DNA from: Demequinaceae bacterium
Lineage (GTDB): Bacteria; Actinomycetota; Actinomycetes; Actinomycetales; Demequinaceae
NCBI GenBank assembly: GCA_965250005.1
Contig: OZ252279.1
Location: forward strand, 570,001-602,000
Reading direction: 5' to 3'
DNA: 32,000 bases
Under the pieces are notes generated by a model. That model worked only from the letters and a program-made list of their open reading frames with translations, was not told where the DNA came from and did no database searches. Below are positions 28,228 through 32,000 of the stretch, one piece after another (the first letter of the stretch is position 1; each line of letters opens with the position of its first letter). The position numbers and the translations under genes are program-made.

Positions 28228-29094
28228 ATGGCCAAGAGAGCGGATTGGAGCGCGCACCCCAGTGAAACCCTGCGCGTGCACAACGGATTCTCGCTGGCGG
28301 AGTTTGAGCACGGCGCGACGCCTGGCTGGGAGCACGGCGAACGCGCGGCGGTGAAGACAATGAAGCGCCGCGGGAGCACCTTGTCCAATCTCCAGGAAAT
28401 GCTTCACGCCAATGCCAAGGTAGCCGACGGCAGGCGCTCAGTGCTCCTAGTTCTGCAGGGCATGGACACGTCGGGAAAAGGCGGAATCGTCCGGCACGTG
28501 GTCGGCATGGTGGATCCGCAAGGAGTCGCTCACCGCTCGTTCGGTGTCCCCACCGACGAGGAAAACGGCCACCACTATCTGTGGCGCGTTGAGAACGCGC
28601 TGCCCACCGCGGGCAAGATCGGTGTCTTCGACCGATCGCACTTCGAGCAAGTCTTGGTGGTGCGGGTACACAACCTTGTGGAGCCCGCCGTCTGGGGCAC
28701 CTACTACGACGAGCTCAATGCGTTCGAGGCCGAGGTCGCCGCAGGCGGGACCACGATCATCAAGTGCGCCCTCATGGTGTCTCTCGACGAACAACTGCGT
28801 CGCCTCGACGCCAGAATCCACCGAGCCGACAAGCACTGGAAGTACAACCCCGGCGACCTCGACGAGCGCGCGCTGTGGCCCGACTACATGGACGCATACC
28901 AGGAGATGTTCGACCGGTGCTCGACGGACATCGCACCTTGGCATGCGGTCCCCGCAGATAACAAGTGGTTCGCGAGGCTCGCCGTCACGGAACTGCTCAC
29001 CACGGCGATGCAGGGGCTGGACCTGGCGTGGCCTGTGGCGACGTTCGACGTCGAGGCTGAGATCGCGCGCATCGAGGCACTCAAGGGCGAGTAG
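28228..29094 (+). CDS. PPK2 family polyphosphate kinase
   Basis: LLVLQGMDTSGKGGIVRHVVGMVDPQGVAHRSFGVPTDEE...HHYLWRVENALPTAGKIGVFDRSHFEQVLVVRVHNLV, KHWKYNPGDLDERALWPDYMDAYQEMFDRCSTDIAPWHAVPADNKWFARLAV. ATG at 28228. Confidence 0.95.
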   Translation: MAKRADWSAHPSETLRVHNGFSLAEFEHGATPGWEHGERAAVKTMKRRGSTLSNLQEMLHANAKVADGRRSVLLVLQGMDTSGKGGIVRHVVGMVDPQGVAHRSFGVPTDEENGHHYLWRVENALPTAGKIGVFDRSHFEQVLVVRVHNLVEPAVWGTYYDELNAFEAEVAAGGTTIIKCALMVSLDEQLRRLDARIHRADKHWKYNPGDLDERALWPDYMDAYQEMFDRCSTDIAPWHAVPADNKWFARLAVTELLTTAMQGLDLAWPVATFDVEAEIARIEALKGE

Positions 29095-29112
29095 CTCGCG
29101 GGAATCAGCGAA

Positions 29113-30159
29113 CTAACTTGCGGCTGGCCCCTCGACGGAGGCCATCGCGCATAGCCGCGACAGCGCGCGCAAGTACTTTTTTCGGTACCCGCCGGCGAGC
29201 ATCTCCGCCGGAAAAATCTGCCCGAGCGACGTCCCAGACGCGAGCACACGCACGTTGCGGTCGTACAAACGGTCAACCAGAGCAACCACGCGGAGCGCGC
29301 GGCCCTGATCCCAGAGCTTTTCGACGCCAACCAATCCGGCGAGATCAACACCGTCGACGTAGGCGCCGAACTTGCTAGGGTGCACGTGCAGCAAGTCATC
29401 CAACAGCTCGCCCCATTCGTCGCAGGTCTGAGCCTGCGCCGCGCTGGCCGCGCGAACCTGCGCGTCCGTCGACGGCTCGGGAAAGACCATGTCGCCACGG
29501 TGCCGGTAGTCGGGGCCCTCGATGGTGACGACGGTGAAGGCGTCGGCGAGTGCCTGGATCTCTCTACGAAAGTCGTCCGCCGCGAACCGTCCCTGCCCCA
29601 GCGCGCCCGGCAGAGTATTGGATGTCGCGGCTAGGTGGACTCCCCTGTCAGTGAGCTCTCGCATGAGCCGAGCCATGATGAGCGTGTCACCGGGATCGTC
29701 CAGCTCGAACTCGTCAACGCACACCACTCGGAACGAGCTGAGTGCGTCGCGCGCGGTCGAGAATCCCAGCGCACCCACCAGAGACGTGTAACCCACGAAC
29801 GTTCCGAAAGCCGCAGACCCCGCGTCCGCATGCGCGAGGGCAGCTAACAAATGCGTCTTGCCTACTCCGAAGCCGCCATCAAGATAGATGCCTCGCCCGC
29901 GGCTGGCGCGCTTGCGGCCCACCGCCTCGGCCGCGAACGCCTCGACGCTTGCGCGAGCATCGGCCTGGCTCGGAAACTCAGCGTCAGGTATGTACGAGGC
30001 GAAGGTAGCGCCCGCAAAATGTGGCGGCGGTTTGAGCGCCGCGACGAGGCTAGCGGCCGGGACTTGGGGCCGGCGCCCCGTTAGCTTGTTGCTCACGACG
30101 CTCCACACTACTTCGGGGTACTGTTCACGTGTGACAAACGACACGGCTGGGGGGGCCAC
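29113..30159 (-). CDS. zapE: Cell division protein ZapE / AFG1-like ATPase
   Basis: GIYLDGGFGVGKTHLLAALAH Walker A, VVCVDEFELDDPGDTLIMARLMRELTDRGVHLAATSNTLP, GPDYRHRGD. Exact start (GTG at 30159) uncertain. Confidence 0.92.
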   Translation of the reverse strand: MAPPAVSFVTREQYPEVVWSVVSNKLTGRRPQVPAASLVAALKPPPHFAGATFASYIPDAEFPSQADARASVEAFAAEAVGRKRASRGRGIYLDGGFGVGKTHLLAALAHADAGSAAFGTFVGYTSLVGALGFSTARDALSSFRVVCVDEFELDDPGDTLIMARLMRELTDRGVHLAATSNTLPGALGQGRFAADDFRREIQALADAFTVVTIEGPDYRHRGDMVFPEPSTDAQVRAASAAQAQTCDEWGELLDDLLHVHPSKFGAYVDGVDLAGLVGVEKLWDQGRALRVVALVDRLYDRNVRVLASGTSLGQIFPAEMLAGGYRKKYLRALSRLCAMASVEGPAAS

Positions 30160-30172
30160 GCTTACCCAAGTA

Positions 30173-30871
30173 GTGCCAGCGACTGCCGAAATTGAGCCCG
30201 ACCCGTCAGAGACTCAACTGCGGGCTCTCTACCAGCATCGACCCGGAACCATCCGCCTTGGGCTGATTGCGTCCAAGGACGGCAAGGCTGCTGGCCCCGA
30301 CGGCTCCTCACGCTCACTCAACGGCGACGCCGACTTGCGGGTGCTGCGCGTTCTTCGCGCCGTCTCCGACGTCGTGGTGGTCGGGGGGAACACGGCACGC
30401 AAGGAACGCTACGGCGTGATTAAGCTCTCCGCCGATCTCGCCAAAGCGCGGCGCCTGCTCAATCAGACGCCCGTCCCCGCGCTCGCGATTGTGACGTACA
30501 CCGGCCACATCCCTCCGGACGTTGACCCGTCGAACACGTGGATCCTCACGTCAGGCGGCTCCCCGGCCATACGACGGCTGGGTGCACAGTGGACGTCTAG
30601 GATCCTGCTCGCAGGCACAGACGTGTTCTCGCCGCGGGGAGCAATCAAGGAACTCGAGAGCCGCGGCCTCAAGCGCATCTTGTGCGAGGGCGGCCCCCGG
30701 CTTGCTGTTCGTTTCATGGACCGCGCAGTCATCAACGACTACTGCCTGACCACCAGCCCAGAATCGGGCGGCGAGACCGGTGCCGAGATCCCCCCGGTGC
30801 CAGCGGGCTTCAGGCTGGCTCACTCGCTCGTCGCCGGCGACTACAAGATGGAGCGCTGGACCAAGTCTTGA
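30173..30871 (+). CDS. Pyrimidine reductase family protein (RibD C-terminal domain)
   Basis: GTIRLGLIASKDGKAAGPDGSSRSLNGDADLRVLRVLRAVSDVVVVGGNTARKERYG...LKRILCEGGPRLAVRFMDRAVINDYCLTTSP. GTG at 30131 is also possible but overlaps the divergent zapE start; GTG at 30173 avoids this. Confidence 0.88.
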   Translation: MPATAEIEPDPSETQLRALYQHRPGTIRLGLIASKDGKAAGPDGSSRSLNGDADLRVLRVLRAVSDVVVVGGNTARKERYGVIKLSADLAKARRLLNQTPVPALAIVTYTGHIPPDVDPSNTWILTSGGSPAIRRLGAQWTSRILLAGTDVFSPRGAIKELESRGLKRILCEGGPRLAVRFMDRAVINDYCLTTSPESGGETGAEIPPVPAGFRLAHSLVAGDYKMERWTKS

Positions 30872-30895
30872 GTCCCCGGATCTGGGAGGTGCGCG

Positions 30896-32000
30896 CTACG
30901 CGCCATCGGCCGTGGGGCGCGGGTAGTGCTTGAGGTACTTTCGCCAATAGTTGAGCGTCAGCGCGGCGATTGCAGCCGTCCGCTTGGGAGAGCGATCTGC
31001 CGGCGCGAAAAGCGGTCGCGCGATTCCCCTGCGGGCCGCGGCGATCACACGGCTGCGCAATTCGCGATTCAGCAGGTAGCGCGTGAGTAGACGCAAGGGC
31101 ACCACGGAGTAGAGCAGCTCCTTGGTCGCGCGAACAGGATCGCGTCGGTCGCCTGCAACGTCGGCTGCAACAAAATCGGCGACATTTGCGCCGGCGGCCG
31201 TCACGTAATAGTTGTTTCGGCCGATGCGGGGGTTAACCTCGAAAAACACGTGCTCTCCGGTGCGCGCATCCCGCTTGAAGTCCGCGTTTGCGAATCCCCG
31301 GTAGTCGATCCGATTGAGGTACTCAGTCATCGCATTCATCGCGTCCGCATACGGCTCCGTGAGGATGGCCGCAGGGATTCCCAGGGTTCCAGGAGTGTGT
31401 TCCTCCAACAGCACTCGGCCCGTGCACAGCAGCGTCACGTCGCCGTGCGAGTCCCGATACGCCGTGAGGGAGCGCATCTGCGTCTCGTCGCCAGGGATGA
31501 ATTCCTGCAACAGGAACGTGCCCTTGAAACCGGAGCCGCGCAGCCGCGTGAGGAGGTCGTCCACTTCTTCCCTGGTCTCGAGGTGGTGGATCTTCTTCTT
31601 GCCCTCGAACGACGCGTAGTAGTACTCCGCGCTCGACGAGGGCTTGCCGATCACGGGGTACGTCAAGTGCGCAAGTAGCCCGTTGTCATCCCGCCGCTTC
31701 GCCGTTCCGATGTTGACGGCGACGGTCTCCGGAACAGGAATGCCAAGCGCGTCGCAGTCCTCGTGGAACGCTCGCTTGGACGAGACCCGTGCGAACGCCT
31801 CCGCGCCGCACATGGGGATCGCGTAGTGAGCCGAGAGCGCCTTGCGGTTCTTGATAATGGTCTCTACGTACCAGTCGGCGTTGGACAGCAGGATGAGCTG
31901 CTCGCCGGAGTAGTCACGTGCGACATCGACTAGCGCCTCGACCAGCGCGGCTGAGTCGTTAACGTCGGCCGTTCGCACCTCACAGAGCCTGGTGCTAGCG
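30896..32000 (-). CDS. ATP-grasp carboxylate-amine ligase, D-aspartate ligase-like (5' end beyond window)
   Basis: LTYPVIGKPSSSAEYY...KIHHLETREEVDDLLTRL...TFLLQEFIPGDETQMRSLTAYRD...VFFEVNPRIGRNNYYVTAAG. Reading frame remains open to 32000 with no stop, so the ORF start at 31978 is likely internal. Confidence 0.85.
   Translation of the reverse strand, partial: ASTRLCEVRTADVNDSAALVEALVDVARDYSGEQLILLSNADWYVETIIKNRKALSAHYAIPMCGAEAFARVSSKRAFHEDCDALGIPVPETVAVNIGTAKRRDDNGLLAHLTYPVIGKPSSSAEYYYASFEGKKKIHHLETREEVDDLLTRLRGSGFKGTFLLQEFIPGDETQMRSLTAYRDSHGDVTLLCTGRVLLEEHTPGTLGIPAAILTEPYADAMNAMTEYLNRIDYRGFANADFKRDARTGEHVFFEVNPRIGRNNYYVTAAGANVADFVAADVAGDRRDPVRATKELLYSVVPLRLLTRYLLNRELRSRVIAAARRGIARPLFAPADRSPKRTAAIAALTLNYWRKYLKHYPRPTADGA

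Noticed and set aside
1-32000. Defence island, toxin-antitoxin pair, retron, prophage, insertion sequence or biosynthetic gene cluster
   Set aside because: Nearly all coding capacity is assigned to recognisable core metabolism, translation, repair, secretion and envelope genes; no hallmark genes or terminal repeats were found by eye.

Overview
This 32 kb window looks like ordinary, gene-dense, high-GC actinobacterial core chromosome. I found no mobile element, CRISPR array, prophage or convincing novel multi-gene system. Contents, left to right: partial hisS (-). Cyclophilin-type PPIase and a DUF349 protein (+). A hypothetical protein (+). Then a long minus-strand run whose transcription order is [small immunity-like protein]-thrS-HIT-PIP synthase-patA-pimA-pdxS-NUDIX-pdxT-membrane protein-yebC-ruvC-ruvA-ruvB-secD-secF-rel. 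Next come an AHSA1/SRPBCC protein, tRNA-Val(CAC), pabC and pabB (all -), and a plus-strand tRNA cluster Gly(GCC)-Cys(GCA)-Val(GAC) ending in a strong hairpin. The right part holds a DUF1684 protein (-), treY-treZ-ppk2 (+), zapE (-), a RibD-C reductase (+) and a 5'-truncated ATP-grasp carboxylate-amine ligase (-). The best second-look items are modest: a uniform CCTGCA hexanucleotide expansion in the DUF349 gene, near-identical tRNA-Val genes forming an inverted repeat around pabBC, a hairpin between pabC and tRNA-Val(CAC), an orphan immunity-like small protein upstream of thrS, a NUDIX gene between pdxS and pdxT, the lack of yajC/apt between ruvB and rel, and a D-aspartate-ligase-like ATP-grasp protein at the edge.
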